A stretch of 64,000 nucleotides of DNA. Origin: an uncultured Candidatus Peregrinibacteria bacterium (GTDB lineage Bacteria > Patescibacteriota > Gracilibacteria > Peribacterales > Peribacteraceae). Position numbers and translations under genes: made by a program. Location: assembly GCA_903825315.1 (NCBI GenBank), contig CAIKAD010000003.1, positions 11,053-75,052 on the forward strand, read 5' to 3'. Shown piece after piece: positions 1-8,315 of this stretch; the stretch's first letter is position 1; every line of letters starts with the position of its first letter. The notes below the pieces were generated by a model. The model saw nothing but the letters and a program-made list of their open reading frames with translations. It ran no database searches and was not told where the DNA came from.

Positions 1-24
1 CAAAAGAAAGGATACCGCAAAGAA

Positions 25-99
25 CAGGAATAACAGCAGTTCCTCCGCCTCTTCTGCATCCTCTCCATCATCTGCTTCCTTTACTTCTTCTGCAGAAGC
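25..99. repeat. partial low-complexity element (GCAGAAG-type arm) at window edge
   Basis: cctccgcctcttctgcatcctctccatcatctgcttcc...cttcttctgcagaag. It overlaps the rumA-like stop. Confidence 0.55.
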
Positions 100-1532
100 G
101 CCACCGTCTCAATATGCGCAGTATGCGGGAAGAGGTCGACGGGCTGGACCGTCCGCAACTCATATCCCGCCTTGAGAAACTCCGCCAAATCGCGCGCGAA
201 CGTAGATGTGTTGCACGAGACGTACACAATCTTATCGGGATTGTGGGCCACTACCGCTTCGCGCGCCGCGGGATGGAGACCGGGCCGCGGGGGATCGACC
301 ACAACAACAGAGAACTTGTATTTGCCGCCCGCCTTGAGTTGATGCTGCAGGACCTGCTCCGCCTTGCCCTTGTAGAAGCTTATATTGCCGATGCGGTTCT
401 TGCCGGCGCTCGTGAGCGCATCCTCAATGGCGGAGGGATGGCTTTCCACGCCCACTACTTTCTGGCAGAAACGAGCCAAGTATTGGCCAATCGTCCCCAT
501 ACCGCAGTACGCGTCGAGGACAGTGTCGCGCATCGTGAGTTCCGCAACATCGGCGATGGCGCGGTAGAGCTTTTCTGCACCAAGGGTATTGGTCTGGAAA
601 AAGGAAAAGGGAGAAATCTCAAAAGTGAGATCAAACAGGCGCTCGGTGATGGTGTTCTTGCCGTAGAGCGTGTGGACCTTGGGGAAGTCCGGCTTGTCGT
701 GAAGACCCATGTGCTCCACGAGCAGGAGGGATGCCAGTTGCGGGCGCCCAGCAAAGGAGCGGATGAACGTCTGGAAGAGAGGCTCCAGTTCCTTCTTCCT
801 CGCCTGCACGAGGAAACAGATCATCTGCTCACCCGTGTGTACGCCACGCCTGAGCAGCATCTGCCGCAACATGCCCTTCTGCGTCTTGGGATTATAGACC
901 GGCAGGTTCGTCTCCTGCATAAACCGCCGCACGGTGGAGAGGAGCATGGGGAGCTGCTCGTCGTAGAGATGGCACTCGGTGACGGGGAACACAGTGGACC
1001 ACTGGCCCGGCTTGTGCAGACCGATAGTAGGATTTTCGTCGAAGAAGATCCGGCGCCCGTTATTCTCCTCCGTCCGCATGGACTCATAACCGAACGAGAA
1101 CTCCATCTTGTTGCGGTAGTGGAACACCTGCGGGCTGGGGATGATCTTGAGGACGCGCCCCGGAAGGTTCTTACGCTCCTCTTCCCCGATAGGCGTGAGA
1201 TGAAGAAGCGTCTCGCGCACGATCTCCTCCTTATAAGCGATCTGCTTGTCGTACGGAATGTTCTGCCATACGCACCCACCGCAGTCGTGAAAATGGGGGC
1301 AGCGCGCGGAAATCTCCTCCTTGGCCTTGCGGACAACCTTCTTCACCTTGGCCTCGGCGTAAGAATCCTTGAGCTTGGTGATGACAATTTCCAGCATCTG
1401 GCCCGGTATGGAATCCGGTACAAAGACAGGAAGGGTGCCGACGTGGGTCATTCCGGAGCCGCCAAAGGTGAGCTTTTCTATGGTCACCTGGTGCGACTGT
1501 CCTGGAGTAACCGTCTGGGGGGGTGTTGACAT
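81..1532 (-). CDS. 23S rRNA (uracil-5-)-methyltransferase, RumA/RlmD family
   Basis: 483-aa ORF. Cys cluster CPHFHDCGGC typical of the RumA Fe-S site. SAM-MTase motifs VLDAYCGMGTIG, VYVSCN and FPHTAHIE. Confidence 0.85.
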   Translation of the reverse strand: MSTPPQTVTPGQSHQVTIEKLTFGGSGMTHVGTLPVFVPDSIPGQMLEIVITKLKDSYAEAKVKKVVRKAKEEISARCPHFHDCGGCVWQNIPYDKQIAYKEEIVRETLLHLTPIGEEERKNLPGRVLKIIPSPQVFHYRNKMEFSFGYESMRTEENNGRRIFFDENPTIGLHKPGQWSTVFPVTECHLYDEQLPMLLSTVRRFMQETNLPVYNPKTQKGMLRQMLLRRGVHTGEQMICFLVQARKKELEPLFQTFIRSFAGRPQLASLLLVEHMGLHDKPDFPKVHTLYGKNTITERLFDLTFEISPFSFFQTNTLGAEKLYRAIADVAELTMRDTVLDAYCGMGTIGQYLARFCQKVVGVESHPSAIEDALTSAGKNRIGNISFYKGKAEQVLQHQLKAGGKYKFSVVVVDPPRPGLHPAAREAVVAHNPDKIVYVSCNTSTFARDLAEFLKAGYELRTVQPVDLFPHTAHIETVALLQKK

Positions 1533-1574
1533 CTAACCTAAAATGTAGTAATAATATCACCTTTTTGCCCCGTC

Positions 1575-2423
1575 ATGAAAACCTCGTACCTCCTCCGTTT
1601 CTGGCTGATAACGATGCTTGCAACGGGAGCATTCCTGCCGCAGAGCGTAGCACAGAAGGCCCTCCCTGCAAGGGAAAACGGCCTCCAAATGGCAGCAGCG
1701 GGCACTTCGGAAAAGCCTATGAATACCGTCGTAACGGTGGTGACGGGCTCCTCTTCCTCCTCGAGCATTGCACCCCGTACGGCGGGCTCCGCCCTCCAGC
1801 CCGAGCAGGCAAAGGCTATAGAGGAGATCGCCACGTACCTCCCGACACAGTGCAAGGGCATCATCCGCAACCTCTACGTCCGTTACGACCACCCGGAGCA
1901 ACGGGGGTTGGGAGGTAAAACGACCGTCATCATCAGTGGGAACCTTCCTCTTACTGAATTCCGCGCAGTACTCGTTCACGAGGTACTGGGACACGCGATG
2001 GATCTGGGATGCCTCACCGGTACGCAGAGCAGCGGCCCCACCCCGTACAAGGACGGGGGAGACCAGATGTACCGGGACGACCCGAGCATCAACTTTTACC
2101 GGCTCTCCTGGGCCACGTCCAAAACGCGCCTCCCGGAGTCGCAGGACGGGGACTTTGTGAGCAGCTACGCGCGCACCGATGCCTTTGAAGACCTGGCCGA
2201 GACCGTCACCTTCTATATGTTCCAACGTGAGGAATTCCGTCGCATTGCCAAGCATAACGCTCTCCTCGCTGCCAAGCTCCGGTGGATCGAAACGGTCGCG
2301 TACCCATCGGCACAGAACTACGCGCTTGGCACCTACCAGTGGAACTCAACCGATATCCCATGGGACACAACCATGTTGCAGTATGTATGGTTGGGACCGG
2401 CGGTGGCGTCTGTTCAGGATTGA
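1575..2423 (+). CDS. secreted hypothetical protein with a single HExxH zinc-peptidase-like motif
   Basis: 282-aa ORF. Signal-like N-terminus MKTSYLLRFWLITMLATGAFLPQSVAQ. Motif VHEVLGH. No family recognised. Confidence 0.5.
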   Translation: MKTSYLLRFWLITMLATGAFLPQSVAQKALPARENGLQMAAAGTSEKPMNTVVTVVTGSSSSSSIAPRTAGSALQPEQAKAIEEIATYLPTQCKGIIRNLYVRYDHPEQRGLGGKTTVIISGNLPLTEFRAVLVHEVLGHAMDLGCLTGTQSSGPTPYKDGGDQMYRDDPSINFYRLSWATSKTRLPESQDGDFVSSYARTDAFEDLAETVTFYMFQREEFRRIAKHNALLAAKLRWIETVAYPSAQNYALGTYQWNSTDIPWDTTMLQYVWLGPAVASVQD

Positions 2424-2432
2424 GCAAGTGAT

Positions 2433-2516
2433 GAGTATTAGAGTATTCGAGCATGCGAATATCGGGATTCTAGACTGCCCCAATATTCCATTATTCCTAT
2501 ATTCCGATATTCTTTC
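2433..2516. repeat. low-complexity element (GAATATTC units)
   Basis: gagtattagagtattcgagcatgcgaatatcggg...ccaatattccattattcctatattccgatattc. Confidence 0.6.
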
Positions 2517-2519
2517 TCC

Positions 2520-3332
2520 GTGCGCCCCAAGACTGTCATCCTCCTCTGGCTCGCCACCGACGCCCTCCTCTTCCTCGCAAGCTACGTCTTCGCTTACTTC
2601 TGGCGTGTGGGGTGGATCCTTTCGTCGGACCTCCCTCTGCGTCACTTTGTGACCGTGGTGACACTCGCTATTCCTCTGTGGCTTATTGTTCTCGGCGCTT
2701 CGGGAATGTTCCGCCTCGCTCGCCCGCAAGGCAGCATGCGGCTCTTCTTCACGCTCACCTTCGCCAACGCCGTGGGCGCCGCTCTCGTGGTACTCGGCTT
2801 CTTCTTCCTGCACCAGCGCGTCTTCAGCCGCCTCCTCCTCATCGCCGCCTTCCTCGCCTCCACGCTCGTCCTCCGTGTATGGCACCTCCTCTATGAGCGC
2901 ATCGCACGCGCCGCGCTTTGGAAAGATCCTCCCGCCTTTCCCACGCTCATCGTGGGCGTCACGCGGGAATCCAAGAGACTGATTGAACTTCTGCAGAAAC
3001 GGAAGAACCCGCTCCGCCCCGTTGCCGTTCTGGATGGTAGGGGAACGGCGGAAAAGGACATCGCCGGCGTCCCGGTACTTGGCAAGTTGGATAAACTGGA
3101 ATGGACGTTGAACAACCGGAACATCACCCATCTCATCCAATGCAGTGACCTGGAACAGTCTCTCAATCTCCTCTCCGCATGCCGGCAGCATAACATCACC
3201 TACCTCCTGCTTCCTTCCGTGCTGGGCGTCATTGAACGGGATGAGCGCGTGGAATCCCTAGAGGGCTTGGCGGTCACTATGGTGCGTCCGGAGCGGGGGA
3301 TACCCGCTCTCCGTAGCCTTTTTACCGTATAG
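2520..3332 (+). CDS. N-terminal (membrane + nucleotide-binding-like) part of a WbaP/WcaJ-type polyprenyl glycosylphosphotransferase; catalytic domain absent
   Basis: 270-aa ORF with a GTG start. Four or five hydrophobic helices are followed by LIVGVTRESKRLIELL...VAVLDGRG...IAGVPVLG. The ORF stops where the sugar-transferase domain normally begins. Confidence 0.55.
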   Translation: MRPKTVILLWLATDALLFLASYVFAYFWRVGWILSSDLPLRHFVTVVTLAIPLWLIVLGASGMFRLARPQGSMRLFFTLTFANAVGAALVVLGFFFLHQRVFSRLLLIAAFLASTLVLRVWHLLYERIARAALWKDPPAFPTLIVGVTRESKRLIELLQKRKNPLRPVAVLDGRGTAEKDIAGVPVLGKLDKLEWTLNNRNITHLIQCSDLEQSLNLLSACRQHNITYLLLPSVLGVIERDERVESLEGLAVTMVRPERGIPALRSLFTV

Positions 3333-3420
3333 GAAGAATGTGGAACGAAAGAGGGCTGCTGGATGGTGTTTGCTGTGAAGCGGTTCCAGCCATCCCTCGT
3401 GGATGTGCTACCCTTCCTCC

Positions 3421-4386
3421 ATGCGAGCCTTCATATTAGCCGGCGGATTTGCTACGAGACTGTGGCCGCTCACGGAAAAGCGCGCCAAGCCGCTGCTGCC
3501 CCTGGCGGGCAAACCGATCCTCACGCATCTCGTCGAGCGCATTCCTGCAAACATCCCCGTCACCGTGAGCACCAACGCTGCATTTGCGGAGGGGTTTGAA
3601 GAGTGGAAAACATCCCTGCCAGGACGGGACATCTCGCTGGTGATTGAGGGAAGCCAGAAAGATGACCACAAGCTCGGCGCACTTGGTGCAACGGCGGAGT
3701 GGATCAAAAGGGAACGGATCGATGATGATCTTCTCCTTTTGACTGGTGACAATTACCTCGGCTTCCCGCTTTCGCGCTTCCTCGAAGCTGCACGCCCGGG
3801 CGTAGCAGTCCTCGCCGCATTCGACATCAAGAGCAAGGAACAGGCATCGCTCTTCGGAACAGTCATCGTGGATGAAAAGGAACCGACACGTATTGTCGGA
3901 TTCGAGGAGAAACCCCGAGAAGCAAAGACGACATTGGTCAGCACCGGCTGTTCCCTGCTTCCCAAACAGACGCTCCCCGTCCTCCTCGACCTTGCGCAGC
4001 GGAAGCCGGACAACGTGGGCGGCCTCTTTGAGGAGTTCCTGAACAAAGGATTGGAAGTGGACTGTTTTACTTTTACGGAGCCCTGGCTGGACATAGGGTC
4101 ATTCGGTTCGTACCTGGACGCGCACCGGCTCCTGGTGGGAAAGCAGTCGCTGTTCCATCCTGAGGCGACCATCCTGGACGGTTCTTGCGAAGGAAGCGTC
4201 GTCGTGGGAAAGGGGAGCAGGGTGGAATCCTGCGACTTGGAAGACTGCATCGTGTTCGAAAACTGCGTGTTGCGGAACTGCGTCCTGAGAAACTGCATCA
4301 TCGATGACCGCTGTGCATTGGACGGCATTGACCTTACCGACAAAATGCTGCGCGCTGGAACAATACTGAAACGCCAGCAATCGTAA
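3421..4386 (+). CDS. sugar-phosphate nucleotidyltransferase with C-terminal hexapeptide-repeat region
   Basis: MRAFILAGGFATRLWPLTEKRAKPLLPLAGKPIL is the NTP-transferase signature. The C-terminus has repetitive LbH-like segments. An in-frame ATG at 3403 is an alternative start. Confidence 0.8.
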   Translation: MRAFILAGGFATRLWPLTEKRAKPLLPLAGKPILTHLVERIPANIPVTVSTNAAFAEGFEEWKTSLPGRDISLVIEGSQKDDHKLGALGATAEWIKRERIDDDLLLLTGDNYLGFPLSRFLEAARPGVAVLAAFDIKSKEQASLFGTVIVDEKEPTRIVGFEEKPREAKTTLVSTGCSLLPKQTLPVLLDLAQRKPDNVGGLFEEFLNKGLEVDCFTFTEPWLDIGSFGSYLDAHRLLVGKQSLFHPEATILDGSCEGSVVVGKGSRVESCDLEDCIVFENCVLRNCVLRNCIIDDRCALDGIDLTDKMLRAGTILKRQQS

Positions 4387-4469
4387 CTAAAAAAATCTCT
4401 TTTGGAGCATGCGTTGTACGGACGTCCCGCCGGAACGTCCCTACGATCCTTCTCTATCCTTCTTCTTCA

Positions 4470-4498
4470 TTGCATGGTATGCATACATTCCCTACACT
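4470..4498 (+). promoter_or_regulatory. candidate promoter of the lipoprotein-secD operon, short leader
   Basis: TTGCAT-17 nt-TACACT, then 9 nt to the ATG at 4508. Confidence 0.4.
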
Positions 4499-4507
4499 CC
4501 TTCCACT

Positions 4508-5356
4508 ATGAAACGCCTCTACGCTTTTCCTGTAGTCCTGCTTCTGCTGACCGCCTGCGTGCAGGCGAACACAGGATACACATTGACCTTTGACCAGCAG
4601 GGACAGTCTCATAAACAGGAACTCATCGACACAGCCACACGCGTCATTTCGCGGCGCCTGCAACAACTGGAGCTGGAACTGCGCGGAAAGAAAGTGGAAC
4701 AGACGGCGGATGGTGCCGTCATACGGTTTGCTCTCGCCGACACATCAAAGCGTACATTCCTAGACCAGCAACTCTCAGCGTCCATTGATTTCCGCGTGAT
4801 GGTGGAAACCACCCAGGACAAGGCGGACATTTGGAATGATCAGGATGCCATCGGCTTCCGCGCAACGGGCATTACGGAAAAGAACGTCACTTGGGCAACA
4901 GCTACGCCGGCTCCGGTCTCGTCAGTGGGCGCAGCGGCAGGGAATAAGAAGGGGGGCGTCGTGACTATCGCGCTCGATACGGAAGGGCAAAAGCTCCTTG
5001 CCAAGACTATCCAGGAGAATGAAGGAAAGAGGATGGGCATCTTTGTGCGCGGAGCGCTCGTCACGTATAAGCGCATCGCCACTACCGATAAGCCGGAAGC
5101 CATCCCCATCGACGCCGTTCCTTCTTATGAGCTCGCCATCGTCTTTGCCGATGACGTCAATCTTGGCGCGCATGCTACGTTCACACCACTCACTCCTGCA
5201 GGAAACCAGACATCCAGCACAGGCGCCTCTCCATCATCTGCAGAACCATCAGTTTCCTCTACAGGTTCCACGACATCTTCCGTTGCTGCCTCTTCTGCCT
5301 CCGGCGCCATCCTTCCATCCTCTGGAACATCGTCATCCCTTATCACTAATCCCTAA
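4508..5356 (+). CDS. lipoprotein with SecD-periplasmic-domain-like segments and a Ser-rich tail
   Basis: Lipobox in MKRLYAFPVVLLLLTAC. RVISRRLQQLELE...AVIRFALAD and GIFVRGALV resemble SecD P1 motifs by eye. The ATG at 4508 is preferred over the ORF-track start at 4409. Confidence 0.5.
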   Translation: MKRLYAFPVVLLLLTACVQANTGYTLTFDQQGQSHKQELIDTATRVISRRLQQLELELRGKKVEQTADGAVIRFALADTSKRTFLDQQLSASIDFRVMVETTQDKADIWNDQDAIGFRATGITEKNVTWATATPAPVSSVGAAAGNKKGGVVTIALDTEGQKLLAKTIQENEGKRMGIFVRGALVTYKRIATTDKPEAIPIDAVPSYELAIVFADDVNLGAHATFTPLTPAGNQTSSTGASPSSAEPSVSSTGSTTSSVAASSASGAILPSSGTSSSLITNP

Positions 5357-5382
5357 TCTCTCATCCTTAGTCCCTCACTCCC

Positions 5383-7839
5383 ATGTCACGCTCCCGCCCT
5401 TTCTACTGGCCAGTTATCGCGGTTATCCTCGGCACTCTCATGGTGATCATCGCCCTTCCGCAGGAATGGAAAACTTGGGCGCCTGACATCATCAAACAAC
5501 CCGCGCTCCACCTGGGACTAGACCTGGTAGGGGGCACCCAGCTCGACTTCCGCATCTCCGAAGAGGAAATCCAGCAACAGTTGCGGCAGCTCGATAAGGA
5601 TATGGAGGACCTTAAGGCCAAGAATGCCCCCGCAGGCGACATGAATAAGCTGCAGGCGCAAAAGTTCAGCATCCAGACCCAACAGCAAAGTATCGTGGAA
5701 GCCATCCGCACCGTACTGGAACGCCGCATCAATGCGCTCGGCGTGAGCGAGGCAACCATCACACCGTCCTACATCGGCAACGAGAAGCACCTCCTCGTGG
5801 AATGCCCCGGCGTGGTGGATACGCAGGAATGCATCAAGGTGGTGGGCAAGACCATCCAGTTGGAATTCAAGGAGGAATTCACCCAACCGACCGAGTCTTT
5901 TAAGACCGACGTCCGCGCCAAGGCGGACGCCATGCTCCGACGCATCACCCAAAGCGGCTCCTCGCTCCAGAAGGAAGGACAGGACGTGGGTTCGCAACTG
6001 GGGATGGGTTATCAGGACCGGCTTCTGCTCTACAAGGACACCATCCCCAAAGGTCTCGAAAGCCTGTGGGGCAAGCAGCGGGGGAAAGTGTACAAGCTGG
6101 AGGGCAGTATCGATACCACGCAGCAGGACGAGAACGGCCAGCCGAAGCAGCAGACCATACCGGGCATCTTCCTTGCGGAAGTGACGCAGCCTCTCACCAT
6201 GACCGGACGGACGGTAACGGAAGCAGCCCGCGCCTTTGAGGTCCTGGGACAAACCGAAACGGGCGCCACCAACACCCCGCAGCAGAACGTCCCCATGAGC
6301 AGCATCAACCCCCTTATTGCCTCCGCGCTCACGTCCATGAAGGCAGGCGATCTTAAAGCCGTCTCGACGGGCACCGGCGCGGCGCACGTCCTCTTTTTGA
6401 GCGGCATCACAAAGGGAAAGGAGGAGATGGATCTGAGTCATATCCTCATCGCCTACAAGGGCGCCACAGAGGCGTCCGCTTCGGTCACGCGCACCAAGGA
6501 ACAGGCCCTTGCTCTCGCCAAGGAGATCAAAGCAAAGATCGATGGAGGAGCATCCTTCGCCGACCTCGCCAAGACACAGTCCGACGGCGCCACGTCCAAA
6601 GAAAAGGGCGGAAATCTGGGAGCAGTACAACGGGGAGAGTGGCCGCCGGCTTTTGACTCCGCCGCCTTCTCCCTTGCTTCCGGCAAGGTGAGCGATCCGG
6701 TGGAGACGCAGTACGGCTATCACATCATCCGCAGCAACGGCCCCAAGAAGACCAATCCCGACCTCGCCACATACAATGACCTTTCCCTCACGGGCCCCAA
6801 CGCCGAAGCCCGCGCCAACCTCCTCATCGGCCAGCTCAAGGGCGGCCAAGTACGCACACGGGAACAGGCTATGGAGGTTCGCACGGTGTTCTTCTCCCTT
6901 CTGCCTTCGGGCTGGAAGGACACCCCGCTCGACGGCAAGCACTTCCGCTCTGCCGCGGTCACCATGGATCCCACCACCAACATCCCCGTGGTGCAGATTC
7001 TCTTCGATGACGAGGGAGGCAAGCTGTTCCAGGAACTCACCAAGCGGAATATTCAGAAGCGCATCGCCATTTTCGTGGGCGGCCAGCTCGTCTCCGCACC
7101 TACCGTACAAACGGAAATTTCCGGCGGCTCCGCCGTGATTACGGGGAGCAACAGCTTTGACGAGGCGCGCCAGCTGGCACAGGACCTCAATACGGGCGCC
7201 ATTCCGGCCCCCATCTACCTCGTGGGGCAATACACGGTAGAAGCCACCCTCGGAGCAGCCGCACTCCTTACGTCGCTCCAAGCTGCCTTCATCGGCACGC
7301 TCATCCTCATGGTCTACATGCTCTTCATGTACCGCCTGCTGGGCCTCATGGCAGACATCGCGCTGGCCATGTACGCCATTATGCTCGCTGCCATCCTCAA
7401 GCTCCCGCTCCTCCTCTTCTCGTCCAACTACATCGTCCTCACGCTCGCCGGCATGGCGGGAATCATCCTGAGCATCGGTATGGCCGTGGACGCCAACGTG
7501 CTGGTATTTGAGCGCGTAAAAGAAGAACTGCGCAAAGGCAAGCTTGTGCGGACTGCTGTGGAAGCCAGCTTCAAGCATGCCTGGCCGGCTATCCGCGATA
7601 GCAACGTCTCCACGCTCATCACCTGCGGCATCCTCTTTATCATCGGAACGTCGATTATACGCGGGTTCGCCATCACGCTCAGTATGGGCGTGCTCCTCTC
7701 CATGCTCACGGCTGTTATCGTAACCCGCTGGCTCCTGCGCCATCTCGCCCGCACCCCGCTCGCCAATCGTCCCGAGCTCTTCTGCGGACAGAAGCTGAGT
7801 ACCGCAGAAGATGTCGGCATGGTGGAAACGTCTGTTTGA
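5383..7839 (+). CDS. secD: protein translocase subunit SecD with an inserted PpiC/parvulin-type PPIase domain
   Basis: N-terminal TM helix, then LDLVGGTQLDF and ERRINALGVSEATI. C-terminal six-TM SecD core (GMAVDANVLVFERVKEE). Residues ~349-453 (nt 6427-6741) form a complete parvulin motif set: SHILI...FADLAK..SDG.S...GGNLG...YGYHII. Confidence 0.9.
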   Translation: MSRSRPFYWPVIAVILGTLMVIIALPQEWKTWAPDIIKQPALHLGLDLVGGTQLDFRISEEEIQQQLRQLDKDMEDLKAKNAPAGDMNKLQAQKFSIQTQQQSIVEAIRTVLERRINALGVSEATITPSYIGNEKHLLVECPGVVDTQECIKVVGKTIQLEFKEEFTQPTESFKTDVRAKADAMLRRITQSGSSLQKEGQDVGSQLGMGYQDRLLLYKDTIPKGLESLWGKQRGKVYKLEGSIDTTQQDENGQPKQQTIPGIFLAEVTQPLTMTGRTVTEAARAFEVLGQTETGATNTPQQNVPMSSINPLIASALTSMKAGDLKAVSTGTGAAHVLFLSGITKGKEEMDLSHILIAYKGATEASASVTRTKEQALALAKEIKAKIDGGASFADLAKTQSDGATSKEKGGNLGAVQRGEWPPAFDSAAFSLASGKVSDPVETQYGYHIIRSNGPKKTNPDLATYNDLSLTGPNAEARANLLIGQLKGGQVRTREQAMEVRTVFFSLLPSGWKDTPLDGKHFRSAAVTMDPTTNIPVVQILFDDEGGKLFQELTKRNIQKRIAIFVGGQLVSAPTVQTEISGGSAVITGSNSFDEARQLAQDLNTGAIPAPIYLVGQYTVEATLGAAALLTSLQAAFIGTLILMVYMLFMYRLLGLMADIALAMYAIMLAAILKLPLLLFSSNYIVLTLAGMAGIILSIGMAVDANVLVFERVKEELRKGKLVRTAVEASFKHAWPAIRDSNVSTLITCGILFIIGTSIIRGFAITLSMGVLLSMLTAVIVTRWLLRHLARTPLANRPELFCGQKLSTAEDVGMVETSV

Positions 7840-7844
7840 TTTGG

Positions 7845-7917
7845 GAAGAGTATTGAAATAAGGGAATAACAGAGTAACAGGCCCCCTGTTATTCCGTTAT
7901 TCTGTTACTCTGTTCCT
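7845..7917. repeat. long hairpin (AATAACAG units)
   Basis: The stem is centred on taacagg-ccc-cctgtta (7875-7891). It extends to about 24 bp with a few mismatches. Confidence 0.75.
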
Positions 7918-7928
7918 CCCCATACCCT

Positions 7929-8315
7929 ATGGACCGCCTCCAGCTCACCGATATTGAACTACAGACGCACATCGGCGTTCCGGATGAGGAGCGCTCCCAG
8001 CCGCAGACAATCCTCGTAACTGTTAATCTCGGTCACGACGCGTCCGGCATTGCCGCCAAAGATGATCCGTCGGCAGGCATGGACTATCAGCGGCTCGTTG
8101 ACGGGATCCGGGATCTGGAAAAGACCGAACGGAAAACCATTGAGCGCCTCGCGGAAGACATCGCCGCATACATTCTGAAGATGACGGGAACGACGGATGT
8201 GACCGTGACCGTCCGCAAGCACCCTCCGATAGAAGGCGTAAGGGAAGCGGCGGTAACGATCTCACGCTATCGCATTGTCCAGCCGCCAAGAGGGGAGAGG
8301 ACGCTGATTGCCTGA
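7929..8315 (+). CDS. folB: dihydroneopterin aldolase
   Basis: 128-aa ORF with FolB-like sequence LQLTDIELQTHIGVPDEERSQPQTILVTVNL. Overlaps folK by 1 nt (TGATG). Confidence 0.8.
   Translation: MDRLQLTDIELQTHIGVPDEERSQPQTILVTVNLGHDASGIAAKDDPSAGMDYQRLVDGIRDLEKTERKTIERLAEDIAAYILKMTGTTDVTVTVRKHPPIEGVREAAVTISRYRIVQPPRGERTLIA

Noticed and set aside
5518-7743. 741-aa ORF antisense to secD
   Set aside because: It is antisense to a gene with unambiguous SecD and parvulin motifs. Its composition is low-complexity and His/Arg/Gly/Glu-rich. The long antisense ORFs at 114-1529, 15539-16153, 44981-45733, 49963-51228, 51841-52644 and 59452-60330 were rejected for the same reason.
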